Origin: Candidatus Latescibacterota bacterium
GTDB lineage: Bacteria > Latescibacterota > UBA2968 > GCA-2709665
Length of the DNA: 64,000 nucleotides
Assembly (NCBI GenBank): GCA_965203805.1
Contig: OZ241917.1
Location: forward strand, 4,032,001-4,096,000
Direction of reading: 5' to 3'
Shown here: piece after piece, positions 37,669 to 48,263 of the stretch
Layout of the letters: each line of letters begins with the position of its first letter
How positions within the stretch are numbered: the first letter of the stretch is position 1
Program-made: the position numbers and the translations under genes
Notes under the pieces: generated by a model
The model's database searches: none
Seen by the model: only the letters and a program-made list of their open reading frames with translations
Told to the model about the DNA's origin: nothing

Positions 37669-39117
37669 TTAAATCCCAATCAGGTTGCCTACCGTCTGCC
37701 TGGCAAATTCCAGAACCCGCGAGGGCGCCAGGCCGATATAGAGAGTCGCCAGGGACGTCAACAGCAGTGCGGTTCGTGTGAGCGCGGGAAACGTCCCCAC
37801 CGGCTCCTGGTCCGCGGGCTGTCTCATATACATACTTACGACAACGCCGAGATAGAAATAGACGGAGACCAGGCTGTTCAGCACCGCGATAACGGTGAGG
37901 GCGACCTGCCCCGCGTCGATGGCCGCCCGGAAGATGTAGAATTTTCCAAAGAACCCGGCAGTGGGCGGCAGTCCGGCCAGGGAGAGCATGAACAGCGTCA
38001 TCGTCAGTCCGAGAAGCGGATGTTTGAAGCCCAGACCCGCGTAATCCGAAATATCCAGGTTTTCTTCGCCCTTGCGCGCCACCAGAATCAGGACCGCAAA
38101 AGCGCCGATATTCATAAATGTATAAGCCAGCAGATAAAACAGCGCCGCGGAAATCCCGCTCTCGTTGGCCGCGGTGAGCGCAACCAATATGTAACCGGCG
38201 TGGGCAACGCTGGAATATGCCAGCATTCGCTTGATGCTGCGCTGCCCCAGCGCGCTCAGGTTGCCAACGGTCATGGTCAGCGCGGCAAGGATCCAGAGCA
38301 CCGCCGTCCACTCCGTCTTCAGCGATTCCAGAGACACCATCAGCACGCGCAGGAATGCAACGAAGGCGGCCGCCTTGGGGCCCGCTGAAAGGAAGGCGGT
38401 AACCGCTGCGGGCGCGCCTTCGTAGACATCGGGCGCCCACATGTGGAACGGCACTGCCGCCACTTTGAATGCGAAGCCCACAACCAGCAATACCATCCCG
38501 GCATATAACATCAGGCCGCCGCCATCCACGCTCCTGGACAACATCGCGCCGACCTGCTGCAGGTTTGTGGAGCCGGTCGATCCGTAAATCAGGGCGATTC
38601 CATAAAGCAGAAACCCGGTCGCAAATGCGCCCAGCAGCAGATACTTCAAGGAGGCTTCGTTGGACACGGAGCGCGAGCTGAGGAATCCGACCAGGATATA
38701 GAGAGACAGGGACATCAGTTCCAGACCCAGGAATATGACGATAAGATCCGTCCCCGCGGCCATGAGCATCATGCCCAGGGTGGCCGTCAGCAACAGCAGA
38801 TAATATTCGCTGCGGCTGCCTTGTTCCTGCCTCAGGTAACCTGTGGAAACAAAAATGGTCAGCGCCGTGCCGACCGTAAAAATAATGTTGGAAAAGAGCG
38901 CGAAATTGTCCAGTGCGAGCATGCCGCCGAAAGCCTGTTCGGACCGTCCCCAGAGACCCGCGCAGGCGACCGCCGCCAGACCCGTTCCGACAATGGCAGC
39001 GTATGCCGCGCCCATACCCCGATTTACCGGCCGGACGATGTCGATGCACAGGATCAACAACGCGCTGGCCGCCACGATCAGCGAGGGAACGAGCACGATC
39101 CAGTTCAGGTCAGGCAA
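37669..39117 (-). CDS. nuoN: NADH-quinone oxidoreductase subunit N
   Basis: FLGLELMSLSLY, EASLKY, FKVAAVPFHMWAPDVYEGAP and KRMLAYSSVAHAGY motifs. Confidence 0.95.
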   Translation of the reverse strand: MPDLNWIVLVPSLIVAASALLILCIDIVRPVNRGMGAAYAAIVGTGLAAVACAGLWGRSEQAFGGMLALDNFALFSNIIFTVGTALTIFVSTGYLRQEQGSRSEYYLLLLTATLGMMLMAAGTDLIVIFLGLELMSLSLYILVGFLSSRSVSNEASLKYLLLGAFATGFLLYGIALIYGSTGSTNLQQVGAMLSRSVDGGGLMLYAGMVLLVVGFAFKVAAVPFHMWAPDVYEGAPAAVTAFLSAGPKAAAFVAFLRVLMVSLESLKTEWTAVLWILAALTMTVGNLSALGQRSIKRMLAYSSVAHAGYILVALTAANESGISAALFYLLAYTFMNIGAFAVLILVARKGEENLDISDYAGLGFKHPLLGLTMTLFMLSLAGLPPTAGFFGKFYIFRAAIDAGQVALTVIAVLNSLVSVYFYLGVVVSMYMRQPADQEPVGTFPALTRTALLLTSLATLYIGLAPSRVLEFARQTVGNLIGI

Positions 39118-39306
39118 CGCAGAAGTCCTCGGTGATAATTATTAGCGGCATTAATTAACGGGGATGCGATAAAAAAGTCAAGCCTAAAGTTTCAATCTGG
39201 AGCGCATGTGGATAATTGCCGGAAAACCCATCTGCCATGCGCAACGAAAAATCATCACAATTAATGGTTATTATTATACTTAGGTATTGATATCTGTTCC
39301 CGGATT

Positions 39307-40995
39307 TCAGAAGCAGTAGATCAGGAAGGCGGCCAGAACGATCGTCACGACCAATACGGCAGTGCCCGTGGTCCAGGTCCGGCTCAGAATGCCCTGGGGG
39401 CCGTGGTATAGCCGGCATCCGGAAATCGCCGCCGAGACCAGCGCCTTTCCGCCCCGAAGTACCGGATTTCCCGCGGAACCGCCCGCCCGCGCAACAACCC
39501 GGACGATACCGGGAAGCAGGCGTCGGTACGTCCAGTCGGCGTCCAGGTTCATCGACCGGAGTACGGACGGATAAATCCCGGTCCGTTTCAATAAGACGAA
39601 GGCCAGAGCGGAGAAAGTCAACAACTGAACCTGGACAATCACGTGGTCCACCGTATAGGGTTCGAAATCCACGGCATGAGGCAGAATATCGTACAGTGGT
39701 TTCGGTACAATTCCAATCAGAACGCACATTGCCGCTGCCGCGCCCATGGCGACGAGCATGTTCAGCGGCGCTTCTCTGCATCGGATCCCCGAATCACGCG
39801 AGAAGAAAGCAAGGTAGGGGATTCTGATGCCTATATAAATCAACGCGCCGGCCGACGCGAACACCAGGACCGCCCATGTCAGGACATAGTGACCATTGGC
39901 TGCCGACCAGACGATAAACGACTTACTGACGAAGCCGCTGAAGAATGGAAAGGCCGAAATCGACGCGGCGCCAACGATGCAGAACACCGTTGTCAGCGGC
40001 ATGGATCTGTACAGCCCGCCTAGCTCCGACGCTTTCGCTGTTCCGGTACGGTAGAGCACGGCGCCCATCGACATAAACAACAGGGCTTTGTAAAGGACGT
40101 GCGTGAACGCGTGGGCGGCCGTACCGTTCAGGGACGTCTCCGTTCCGATCCCAATGCCAACCACCATAAATCCGAGCTGGATATTCAGGCTGTAGGACAG
40201 CACCCGCCTGAGGTCGTTTTCAATGACCGCATAGAACATCGGAAACGTGGTCATCGCGGCGCCGATCGGGATCAGGATCTCCGTACCGGGAAACCCCCGT
40301 GCAAGCGCGTAGACCGCCAGCTTGGTTGTGAACGCGCTCAGAAAAACGGTTCCGGTCACCGTTGCCTCCGGATAGGCGTCCGGCAGCCAGCTGTGCAGCA
40401 GGGGAAAGGCGCATTTGATTCCAATAGCGATCAGGATCAGCGTCGTGCCCGGACCGTTCAGCCCCAACCCGGTAAACGCGATCGACCCTGTCTCGCTCAG
40501 GTGGAGCAGAATGCCGGCGAGCAGAATCATACCCGAAGAGATCTGAACAACGAGGTAACGCATCCCGGCGGCGTAGGCCCGGTCGGTACGGCGGCTCCAG
40601 ATCAGGAATACGGAGGAAATCGCCGCCAGTTCCCAATAGACGAAGAGGGTAATGAGATCGCCCGCGAAGAGGGCGCCTATGGCGCAGCCCGCATAGAACA
40701 GGCCGGCAACGTGCTGCGCGTTGTCTTTCACGTGGAGCGCATAGACGACGCTCAACAGGGCGGCGATATGGAACACATAGCCAAAGACCAGGCTGAGCCC
40801 GTCGATCCGGACCAGCGTCAGAGCGTAGTCGAAGATCCGGATCTGTCCGTATTCGCCCGGGGAGAATCCAAGCAGGTGGGCAAGCCCGGCAACCGGCAGC
40901 AGGAGCATATAGGCCGACTGTAAACGTCCCCGCAGGAGCGGTATCAGCAGCGACCCGATCATCAGGATCAACGCCGGCGGAAACTGATCAATCAT
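39307..40995 (-). CDS. Mrp Na+/H+ antiporter subunit D/A-like (third antiporter-like subunit)
   Basis: FVYWEL, KCAFPLLHSWLPDAYP and RRVLSYS motifs; start reassigned to ATG 40995. Confidence 0.88.
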   Translation of the reverse strand: MIDQFPPALILMIGSLLIPLLRGRLQSAYMLLLPVAGLAHLLGFSPGEYGQIRIFDYALTLVRIDGLSLVFGYVFHIAALLSVVYALHVKDNAQHVAGLFYAGCAIGALFAGDLITLFVYWELAAISSVFLIWSRRTDRAYAAGMRYLVVQISSGMILLAGILLHLSETGSIAFTGLGLNGPGTTLILIAIGIKCAFPLLHSWLPDAYPEATVTGTVFLSAFTTKLAVYALARGFPGTEILIPIGAAMTTFPMFYAVIENDLRRVLSYSLNIQLGFMVVGIGIGTETSLNGTAAHAFTHVLYKALLFMSMGAVLYRTGTAKASELGGLYRSMPLTTVFCIVGAASISAFPFFSGFVSKSFIVWSAANGHYVLTWAVLVFASAGALIYIGIRIPYLAFFSRDSGIRCREAPLNMLVAMGAAAAMCVLIGIVPKPLYDILPHAVDFEPYTVDHVIVQVQLLTFSALAFVLLKRTGIYPSVLRSMNLDADWTYRRLLPGIVRVVARAGGSAGNPVLRGGKALVSAAISGCRLYHGPQGILSRTWTTGTAVLVVTIVLAAFLIYCF

Positions 40996-41233
40996 AGTAG
41001 TCTTCCTTGCGTCCCAGAACCACGCGCAGCCCCCTGGCTGCCAGCACAAGCACGACGGCGGCCGCAAACCCGTAAAACGCATGAAAACCGAACCATTGCT
41101 CGGCCGATATATGGGTATGTTTGTGGATGAAACCATCCGCCAACAGCAGCAGAACGCAGACCGCATAGAGAACCCGGCATGTCTTCTTCAAGATTCCGGC
41201 TCCCTCGAGCCTGTTTTTCGAATTATCTTCCAT
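40988..41233 (-). CDS. Small two-TM membrane protein within the mrp cluster
   Basis: 81 aa; FGFHAFYGF and R.EDYYD C-terminus; overlaps the next gene. Confidence 0.75.
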   Translation of the reverse strand: MEDNSKNRLEGAGILKKTCRVLYAVCVLLLLADGFIHKHTHISAEQWFGFHAFYGFAAAVVLVLAARGLRVVLGRKEDYYD

Positions 41234-41245
41234 ATGCTTCGTCCG

Positions 41246-42712
41246 TCAGGGTTGTGCGATCGGCGCGAGCAACCGGTAGATCTCATCGGCGCCGAAGAAC
41301 AGCGCGAGACATCCGAGGGCCGTCAAGCAAAGCGGAACCACGCAGAACGCCGGGGCCTCCCGTATGGGAGTCGGGCCCGCCGGCCCGGAGGCGGGCGCCG
41401 CAAAAAACGCGCGTGCGACGATCGGCATCAGATACGCGACGTTCAAAAGCGAACTGACGATCAACACGGCCGCGAAAATAAACTGGCCCGCATCCGCCGC
41501 GCCCAGCGCCAGGTACCACTTGCTCCACGAACCTCCAAGCGGAGGCAGGCCGATTACGCTCAGCGATCCCACAAAAAAGGCGAACATGGTCACCGGCATT
41601 GTCTTCCCGATGCCGGCCATATCGCTGATCTCCGTCTTGTGCGCTGCCACCATGATGGCGCCGGCACAGAAAAACAGCGTTATTTTTCCGAATGCATGCA
41701 TCGCAATATGCATCGAGCCGCCGATAATCCCCCAGTTGTTGGCCAGGGCCGCGCCGAGCACCACGTAGGACAGTTGGCTGACCGTGGAATAGGCGAGACG
41801 CGCCTTGAGATTGTCTTTGGTCAGCGCAACCAGGGATGCAATCAGCAACGTTGCGGCGGCCACACCGGCCAGCCACAGGCTTGTGCCCGTGTTCGCAAGC
41901 AGGTCGATGCCAAAGATGTAGACCACAACTTTCATCACGGTAAACACGCCGGCTTTGACAACGGCCACCGCATGCAGCAGGGCGCTCACCGGCGTTGGCG
42001 CCACCATCGCCGCCGGCAGCCACTGGTGGAAAGGCATCAGGGCGGCCTTGCCGGTGCCAAACGCATAGAGCGCCAGCAGCAGGCCCACCACGCCCGGACT
42101 CGCTTTTCCCTCGAGGATGCCGCCGGGTTCGAATTCCAGGGTACCCGTCAGGTTCCATGTCCACACGACCGCCAGGAGCATCAACCCCACCGACGTGCCC
42201 AGCAGGATGCCCATGTAGATCCTTCCGGACCGCAGCGCCTCCTTCGTACGATGGTGGGTAACCAGTGGATAGGTCGAAAGGGTCAGTATCTCGTAGAAGA
42301 TGAACAGGGTGAGCATGTTGCGGGCAAACGCCACGCCCAGGGCGCCCGCGATGGCCACCGAGAAGAAAACGTAGAACCGGGTCTGGTGCGTTTCGTGATG
42401 CCCGCGCATGTACCCGATGGAGTACAGAGACGTCACGATCCAGAGCCCCGAGGCGATCAAACCGAAGAGCATGCCCAGGGGTTCAACTTCAAATGCCAGC
42501 GCCAGGCCCGGCAGCACCTCGAGAATCTGTATGCCCGGCCTCGCTCCGGAGATGACTTCAGGAACCAGGGTGAGAACCACGAAAAACAGCACGCCACCGG
42601 TTGCCAGCGTGGCCGCCTCACGGAGATTGGGCCTCCGTCCGAGAAGACCGATCACCGGGGCCCCGAGAAGGGGCAGCAGAACGGCAATCAGCGTGGCGTC
42701 GGAAGCGGTCAT
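41246..42712 (-). CDS. mrpD: Mrp antiporter subunit D-like (second)
   Basis: FIFYEILTL and KAALMPFHQWLPAAMVAPTPVSALLH motifs; start ATG 42712 overlaps the upstream stop. Confidence 0.88.
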   Translation of the reverse strand: MTASDATLIAVLLPLLGAPVIGLLGRRPNLREAATLATGGVLFFVVLTLVPEVISGARPGIQILEVLPGLALAFEVEPLGMLFGLIASGLWIVTSLYSIGYMRGHHETHQTRFYVFFSVAIAGALGVAFARNMLTLFIFYEILTLSTYPLVTHHRTKEALRSGRIYMGILLGTSVGLMLLAVVWTWNLTGTLEFEPGGILEGKASPGVVGLLLALYAFGTGKAALMPFHQWLPAAMVAPTPVSALLHAVAVVKAGVFTVMKVVVYIFGIDLLANTGTSLWLAGVAAATLLIASLVALTKDNLKARLAYSTVSQLSYVVLGAALANNWGIIGGSMHIAMHAFGKITLFFCAGAIMVAAHKTEISDMAGIGKTMPVTMFAFFVGSLSVIGLPPLGGSWSKWYLALGAADAGQFIFAAVLIVSSLLNVAYLMPIVARAFFAAPASGPAGPTPIREAPAFCVVPLCLTALGCLALFFGADEIYRLLAPIAQP

Positions 42713-44226
42713 GGCGCGACTCCCAGAAGCCAGCCGGCGGCCCGGCGGGAAACGCCCACGGTGAAAGACGTCGAAACCCCGAAGTACAGGGTGGCCGCAA
42801 TCAGAATCCACATCGGGATGTGCATCAGCAGCGGCGCCTCGTTAACTCCGGAGGGCTCTGCGGGTTTGCGGAAATAGGCGACTTCAACCACCCGCCACAC
42901 ATAGACCACCGCCAGCAGGGAGCCCACCAGGACCAGAACCGCGACCGGCCACCAGCCCTTCTCCAGGGCCGCAAGAACCAGGTACCACTTGCTGATGAAT
43001 CCCACCGTAACCGGGACGCCGATCAGGCTCAGGCCGCCAAGTACGAAAGCGGCTGTCGTGACCGGCATGCGGCGTCCGAGACCATGCATATCGTCAAGAT
43101 TCACCGAACCCGCGCGGAGGGCGATACAACCCATGCACAGGAACAGCGCGCCCTTCATTACGGCGTGATTGAACACATGCACGATTCCCGCGGTGAGACC
43201 ATTCAACGACCCCGGTCCGAACCGGACATCCGGCGCGGCGCCGCTCGCCGACACCAAGGCGACTCCCAGCATGATGTAACCGACCTGGGCAACGCTGGAC
43301 CAGGCGAGCATGCGTTTGACGTTCGTCTGGAAAATGGCGACCGCCGAGGCCACGAAAACAGCCAGCAGCGAAAGCGGCAACAGCACCACCTGCAATCCGA
43401 CCGTATCGAATGCGAAACGGAGTCCGAAAACGGTGAAGACGAACCGCAGGAGAACGTAGATGGAGACCTTGGTCGCCGTTGCCGCGAGGAAGGCCGTTAC
43501 CATGGACGGCGCATAACAATACGCGTCGGGCAGCCACATGTGCAGGGGAAACAGCGCCAGTTTCAAACACAGGCCGACGCCGAGGAACGCGAACGCGGCC
43601 AGCACGGTCCTGCTGCCCAGGACCGGACCCAGACGTACCGCGAGGTCCGCCATGTTCAGCGTCCCCGTGGCCATATAGAGGAGCCCCACGCCGATGAGAA
43701 TAAACGTCGCCCCCACGGTACCCATCACCAGATACTGGTATGAGGCCGTCAGGGCGCGGCGGTCTTCACCAAGGCTGATCAGCGCGTAGGTTGAAAGGGA
43801 GGAAATCTCAAGAAAGACAAACAGGTTGAACGCGTCTCCGGTGATGGCGATGCCGAGGAGGCCCGTCAGACACAGGAGATACGCCGCGTAGAACAGATAG
43901 TGGCGGTCGTGCGGGATCTCACACGCCGCGCTGGGTGGCGCGTACAGGAGCACGACGGCGCCGATGAATGCCACCAGGAGCAATACGAACGCATTGACGG
44001 TATCGATCCGGTACTCGATCCCCCAGGGGGCGCTCCAGCTTCCGAGCGCATAGGAAACCGTCCCGGCATCCAGGACCCTGACGAGCAGCAGCGCGGCGAT
44101 TCCGAATACGATCCAGCCGACAGCGGCAGCGAAGGCCCAGGCCAGCATTCTTCGCCGAAGGAGGAGGCAGACCGGCGCGGCAATGAGGGGAACCACGATT
44201 TGCAGAATGGGCAGGTGGACGGCCAT
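42709..44226 (-). CDS. mrpD: Mrp antiporter subunit D
   Basis: W.APWGIE, DAFNLFVFLEI and KLALFPLHMWLPDAY motifs; start ATG 44226. Confidence 0.92.
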   Translation of the reverse strand: MAVHLPILQIVVPLIAAPVCLLLRRRMLAWAFAAAVGWIVFGIAALLLVRVLDAGTVSYALGSWSAPWGIEYRIDTVNAFVLLLVAFIGAVVLLYAPPSAACEIPHDRHYLFYAAYLLCLTGLLGIAITGDAFNLFVFLEISSLSTYALISLGEDRRALTASYQYLVMGTVGATFILIGVGLLYMATGTLNMADLAVRLGPVLGSRTVLAAFAFLGVGLCLKLALFPLHMWLPDAYCYAPSMVTAFLAATATKVSIYVLLRFVFTVFGLRFAFDTVGLQVVLLPLSLLAVFVASAVAIFQTNVKRMLAWSSVAQVGYIMLGVALVSASGAAPDVRFGPGSLNGLTAGIVHVFNHAVMKGALFLCMGCIALRAGSVNLDDMHGLGRRMPVTTAAFVLGGLSLIGVPVTVGFISKWYLVLAALEKGWWPVAVLVLVGSLLAVVYVWRVVEVAYFRKPAEPSGVNEAPLLMHIPMWILIAATLYFGVSTSFTVGVSRRAAGWLLGVAP

Positions 44227-44585
44227 CAGGGCGTCTCCTCGCCCCGACCGTAGATTTCCTCTTCTTCGATGGTGCCGAATGCTTCCCTGATCCTCACAAC
44301 GATCGCCAGCCCGAGAGACGTCGTGGCGATGCCGACGACGATCGCCGTCAGAATCAGAACATGCGGCAGCGGATTGGAATAGCTCCGCACACCCTCCGCG
44401 ACAATCGGCGCGCTCCCCCCGGAGACCTTGCCCAAACTGATGTAGAACAGGAAGACCGAGGTCTGAAAGATATTCAGGCCGATCAGCTTCTTGACCAGGT
44501 TGCCGCTGGCGATCACCGCATAGAACCCGATCATCATCAGGACAACGACCATCCAATAGTTGTATAGGCCCGGGAATTCCGTCAT
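44226..44585 (-). CDS. mrpC: Mrp antiporter subunit C
   Basis: NLVKKLIGL and NPLPHVLILTAIVVG motifs. Confidence 0.93.
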   Translation of the reverse strand: MTEFPGLYNYWMVVVLMMIGFYAVIASGNLVKKLIGLNIFQTSVFLFYISLGKVSGGSAPIVAEGVRSYSNPLPHVLILTAIVVGIATTSLGLAIVVRIREAFGTIEEEEIYGRGEETP

Positions 44586-45001
44586 GCGCGATTCCTGCCG
44601 ACAAAGGCGAAGAAGATTCCGATAATTACCGAAGCCACGGTGATTCCCACACCCAGTTCGATCAGGAGAATACCCAGATGCTGACCGGCCACAGGATCCG
44701 CGCCAAGCACGCCGTAGTCCAGGTAGCGGCCGCCCTTCACTATTCCCGCGACCCCGGTGAAGGCATACAGGAGCAGCCCGAGGGCGATGACAATTTCCAC
44801 GACCGCAGGCCCGGTCACTCGCTTCGCCTCGTCCAGGCCGAATATCAGCGTATAGAGGACAAAGCCCGCGGCGAAAATCACACCGGCCTGGAACCCGCCT
44901 CCCGGCCCGAAATCGCCGTGAAACTGGACGTAGAGCGCAAACAGAAGGATCAGCGGGATGAACAATTTGGCGATGACCCGCGGTATGATCTGATTCTTCA
45001 C
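44582..45001 (-). CDS. mrpB: Mrp antiporter subunit B
   Basis: HGDFGPGGGFQAG motif. Confidence 0.92.
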   Translation of the reverse strand: MKNQIIPRVIAKLFIPLILLFALYVQFHGDFGPGGGFQAGVIFAAGFVLYTLIFGLDEAKRVTGPAVVEIVIALGLLLYAFTGVAGIVKGGRYLDYGVLGADPVAGQHLGILLIELGVGITVASVIIGIFFAFVGRNRA

Positions 45002-45573
45002 CGTCCGTCCTCCGGGTCGCGTCTCGGCCGGGCTCCCTTCAACAACAGCAGCACCCCCACGCCCGCACAGAAGATCACGGTGGTCTCGCCAAGCGTATCG
45101 TATCCTCTGTAGCTGGCAAGCACGGACGTCACGACATTCTCAACGTCAACGCGCGCTGCTGAACCATCCGCGTGCGGCACGGAATCTTTGAGGTATTCGG
45201 GCGCGACATGGGTATGAACCGGCGCTTCCGGGTCGCCGAACCGCGGCATGTCCAGAGTGCCGTAAATCAGGACCGCACCCGTCGCCAGGACCGCCAACAG
45301 GGGCAAAGGTGACGGACGAGACGATTTCGCTTCCTCGCGGGTTGTCAGCGCAAGGGTCCCGATCAGCAGCACGGTCGAGATGCCCGCGCCCACGGCGGCC
45401 TCGGTAAAGGCCACGTCCACGGCGTCCATCACGGTAAACAATCCGGCGGAAAGCAGGCTGAATATCCCGGCGAGAATCACGGCGGCGAGAAGGTTCCGGG
45501 TGAGGACGACGGCGACGGCGGTGGCAGCCAGGAGCGCCAGCAGGACAACGTCCACGAGCTCGATCATGGTCAT
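44998..45573 (-). CDS. Mrp subunit B-related protein (DUF4040 / MrpA C-terminal region)
   Basis: AVDVAFTEAAVGAG and NVVTSVLASYRGYDTLGE motifs; start ATG 45573. Confidence 0.9.
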   Translation of the reverse strand: MTMIELVDVVLLALLAATAVAVVLTRNLLAAVILAGIFSLLSAGLFTVMDAVDVAFTEAAVGAGISTVLLIGTLALTTREEAKSSRPSPLPLLAVLATGAVLIYGTLDMPRFGDPEAPVHTHVAPEYLKDSVPHADGSAARVDVENVVTSVLASYRGYDTLGETTVIFCAGVGVLLLLKGARPRRDPEDGR

Positions 45574-45881
45574 TGGTTGTCCTCCGGAAGCGATGGCTTC
45601 AACCCGGAGGTGAAGGCGGCCTTTGCGACCGCGTGCGTGGATGCCGGGCTGGTCAGAAAGAGAAGCAGGAGGATCAGAAACAGCTTGACGGTTGCCATGC
45701 TGAACCCGCCCTGTAACATCAGCCCCACAAGCACAAGGCCGGCGCCGAGCGTATCGGTGATTCCGGCGGCGTGCATCCGACTGTAAACGTTGGGAAGTCT
45801 GATCAGCCCGATGCCGCCCACGATACAGAAAAACGATCCCAGCAGCAGACATGCCCAACTTGCGACGTCGTGAACCGTCAT
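45570..45881 (-). CDS. mrpG: Mrp antiporter subunit G
   Basis: GLIRLPNVYSRMHAAG..DTLG and TSPASTHA motifs. Confidence 0.93.
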   Translation of the reverse strand: MTVHDVASWACLLLGSFFCIVGGIGLIRLPNVYSRMHAAGITDTLGAGLVLVGLMLQGGFSMATVKLFLILLLLFLTSPASTHAVAKAAFTSGLKPSLPEDNQ

Positions 45882-46165
45882 TCGGAAGTCTCTCCGCTCT
45901 CGCCGTCCGTCGACCCGAAATCGCCGTATTGAACGTACTTGAGCACGGCGAATGTTCCAATGAAGTTCAACAGGACGTAGATCAGCGCCAGGTCGAGAAA
46001 ATCAGGCCGGCCTGTCAGAAAACCCAGCACCGCGATCAGGAGTATCATCTTGGTGCCGAACATATTTGCGGCCAGGACGCGGTCGTAAACCGTTGGACCC
46101 GCGATCGCTCGGATCAGCGCCAGAACCATCGTTATGAGGACTGCCGCCATCGCCGCCGCAAACAT
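45878..46165 (-). CDS. mrpF: Mrp antiporter subunit F
   Basis: GPTVYDRVLA motif. Confidence 0.93.
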   Translation of the reverse strand: MFAAAMAAVLITMVLALIRAIAGPTVYDRVLAANMFGTKMILLIAVLGFLTGRPDFLDLALIYVLLNFIGTFAVLKYVQYGDFGSTDGESGETSE

Positions 46166-46680
46166 CAGGAAGTTCCCTCCACTGCCGTGACGCGGCGATC
46201 CATCCCGCCGTCCAGAAGTTCCTCGGCGCTTTCACGCGTAAGCGCGTGAACAAGAATCGTGTCGTCTTCCACTTCCACCGAAACCGTCCCGGGCGTCAGT
46301 GTGATGGAATTGGCGTAGATGACCTTTCCCAGTGCCTGTTTCTGGCTTGCCCTGGTTTTGACCAGAGTGGGGCTGATGGGCATTCCCGGAGACAGTATTC
46401 GCAAGGCCACGTCGATATTGGACCGGACAATAACAAACAGAAGCCACGGAACGTATGCAAGTGCGCGAGCCGCAAGGTGAATCGGATGTGCCTCGGAATC
46501 GACGATTCCCATCCGCCGGACAATGGCGACCACCGTCAGGCATGACACGACCCCGAGCGCGAGTACCAGCGATCGGTCGATGGAATAGCGCCCAGACCAG
46601 AGCAGCCAGACACCGAATAACACAACGGCCAGACTCAGCAAGATTCTCAAATCCTGTTCCCTCCGCGCCGGGTTCTGCAA
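46165..46680 (-). CDS. mrpE: Mrp antiporter subunit E
   Basis: ANSITLTPGT motif; start may be TTG 46650. Confidence 0.93.
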   Translation of the reverse strand: MQNPARREQDLRILLSLAVVLFGVWLLWSGRYSIDRSLVLALGVVSCLTVVAIVRRMGIVDSEAHPIHLAARALAYVPWLLFVIVRSNIDVALRILSPGMPISPTLVKTRASQKQALGKVIYANSITLTPGTVSVEVEDDTILVHALTRESAEELLDGGMDRRVTAVEGTS

Positions 46681-46710
46681 CGGCCGGACGCGTCTGTTTT
46701 CCGGTTCGGA

Positions 46711-48231
46711 TTATTCGTTTTTTTCGCGTGTGGGTACCGAAGCGAATGTGTCTTTCAGGCTTTCAATCTGCCTGATGCGCACCTGTTCGATCACCATTTT
46801 CGCAGACAGTTCGGTTTTTTTCAGGAACGCGCCCGGGTACACGCCAATCCAGAACATCAGGACCACCAGCGGCGTCAGAATGAACCACTCCCGTACGGAC
46901 AGGTCCGCCAGCTTTCGATTTCGTTCGTCTGTCACCTCGCCCCACACCACGCGCTGAAACATCCACAACATGTACACGGCCGCAAGGACCACACCGGAGG
47001 CGGCAATGATGCCGTGTACCTTGCTTGCCTTGAAAGCGCCGAGAAGGATCAGAAACTCGCCCACAAATCCGTTCAGCCCCGGAAGACCGATCGAAGAAAG
47101 CGTCGTGATCAGGAAAAAGGTCGCGAATACCGGGATGGTCTTTGCCAACCCGCCGAAGTCGGCGATGAGCCGCGTGTGACGGCGTTCGTAGATCATACCC
47201 ACGATCAGGAACAGCGCGCCTGTGGACAGCCCGTGGTTCACCATCTGAATAATCCCGCCCTGCATGCCCTGGGCGTTCATCGAAAAAATACCCAGGACCA
47301 CGAAGCCCAGGTGGCTCACGCTGGAATAAGCCACCAGTTTCTTGATATCCGTCTGGACCATAGCCACCAGAGCGCCGTAAACGATGCCGATCACGGACAG
47401 CGCCATGATATGCGGGGTGAAGTACAGCGCAGCCATCGGGAACAACGGCAGGCAGAACCGTATCAGCCCGTAGGTTCCCATTTTCAGAAGAACGCCCGCA
47501 AGGATCACGCTGCCCGCCGTCGGCGCCTCGACGTGCGCGTCAGGCAACCAGGTATGAAGTGGAAACAGCGGCACCTTGATGGCGAAACTCAGGAAAAACG
47601 CCAGGAAGAGCCAGTGCTGCTGCGGGTGCAGATAGGTCATCTTCTGAAGCACCAAAAGGTCGAAGGTGCCATACTGCAGACCGAGATAGACAATCGCTAC
47701 GAGCATCAACAGACTGCCCGCCAGGGTAAACAGCACGAATTTTATCGCCGCATAGATTCGCCGTTCGCCGCCCCAGACGCCGATCAACAGGTACATCGGA
47801 ATCAGCATGGCCTCCCAGAACACGTAGAAGAGGAACAGGTCCAGGGCGCAGAACACCCCGATCATTCCGGTTTCCAGCAGAAGCATCGAAGCCATGTACT
47901 CCCGCACACGGGAGGTTATTGACGTCCACGAAGCGAGAATCGCCAGGAACGTGAGCAGGGTGGTCACCAGTACCAGCAGGAGACTGATTCCGTCGATCCC
48001 CACAAAATAGGAGATGCCGAACGCCCCCACCCACTCCATCTTTTCCACAAACTGCATCCCCGCGGCGCCTGATCTGAACCCGGCAACCAACAAAACGGAC
48101 AGCAGCAGATTCACCAGCGCCACCGCCAGAGCGAGAGCGCGGCTCAACCCGTCGCGTCCGCGACCCAGAAGCAGGACCAGAACGCCGCCAATCAATGGGA
48201 TGAAGATCAGGCCTGTCAGGATTCCAGGCAT
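46711..48231 (-). CDS. nuoM: NADH-quinone oxidoreductase subunit M
   Basis: [13 protein letters not shown] and [20 protein letters not shown] motifs. Confidence 0.96.
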   Translation of the reverse strand: MPGILTGLIFIPLIGGVLVLLLGRGRDGLSRALALAVALVNLLLSVLLVAGFRSGAAGMQFVEKMEWVGAFGISYFVGIDGISLLLVLVTTLLTFLAILASWTSITSRVREYMASMLLLETGMIGVFCALDLFLFYVFWEAMLIPMYLLIGVWGGERRIYAAIKFVLFTLAGSLLMLVAIVYLGLQYGTFDLLVLQKMTYLHPQQHWLFLAFFLSFAIKVPLFPLHTWLPDAHVEAPTAGSVILAGVLLKMGTYGLIRFCLPLFPMAALYFTPHIMALSVIGIVYGALVAMVQTDIKKLVAYSSVSHLGFVVLGIFSMNAQGMQGGIIQMVNHGLSTGALFLIVGMIYERRHTRLIADFGGLAKTIPVFATFFLITTLSSIGLPGLNGFVGEFLILLGAFKASKVHGIIAASGVVLAAVYMLWMFQRVVWGEVTDERNRKLADLSVREWFILTPLVVLMFWIGVYPGAFLKKTELSAKMVIEQVRIRQIESLKDTFASVPTREKNE

Positions 48232-48263
48232 CGGTTCAGTTCCTCAACTCGCGCAAAATCAGC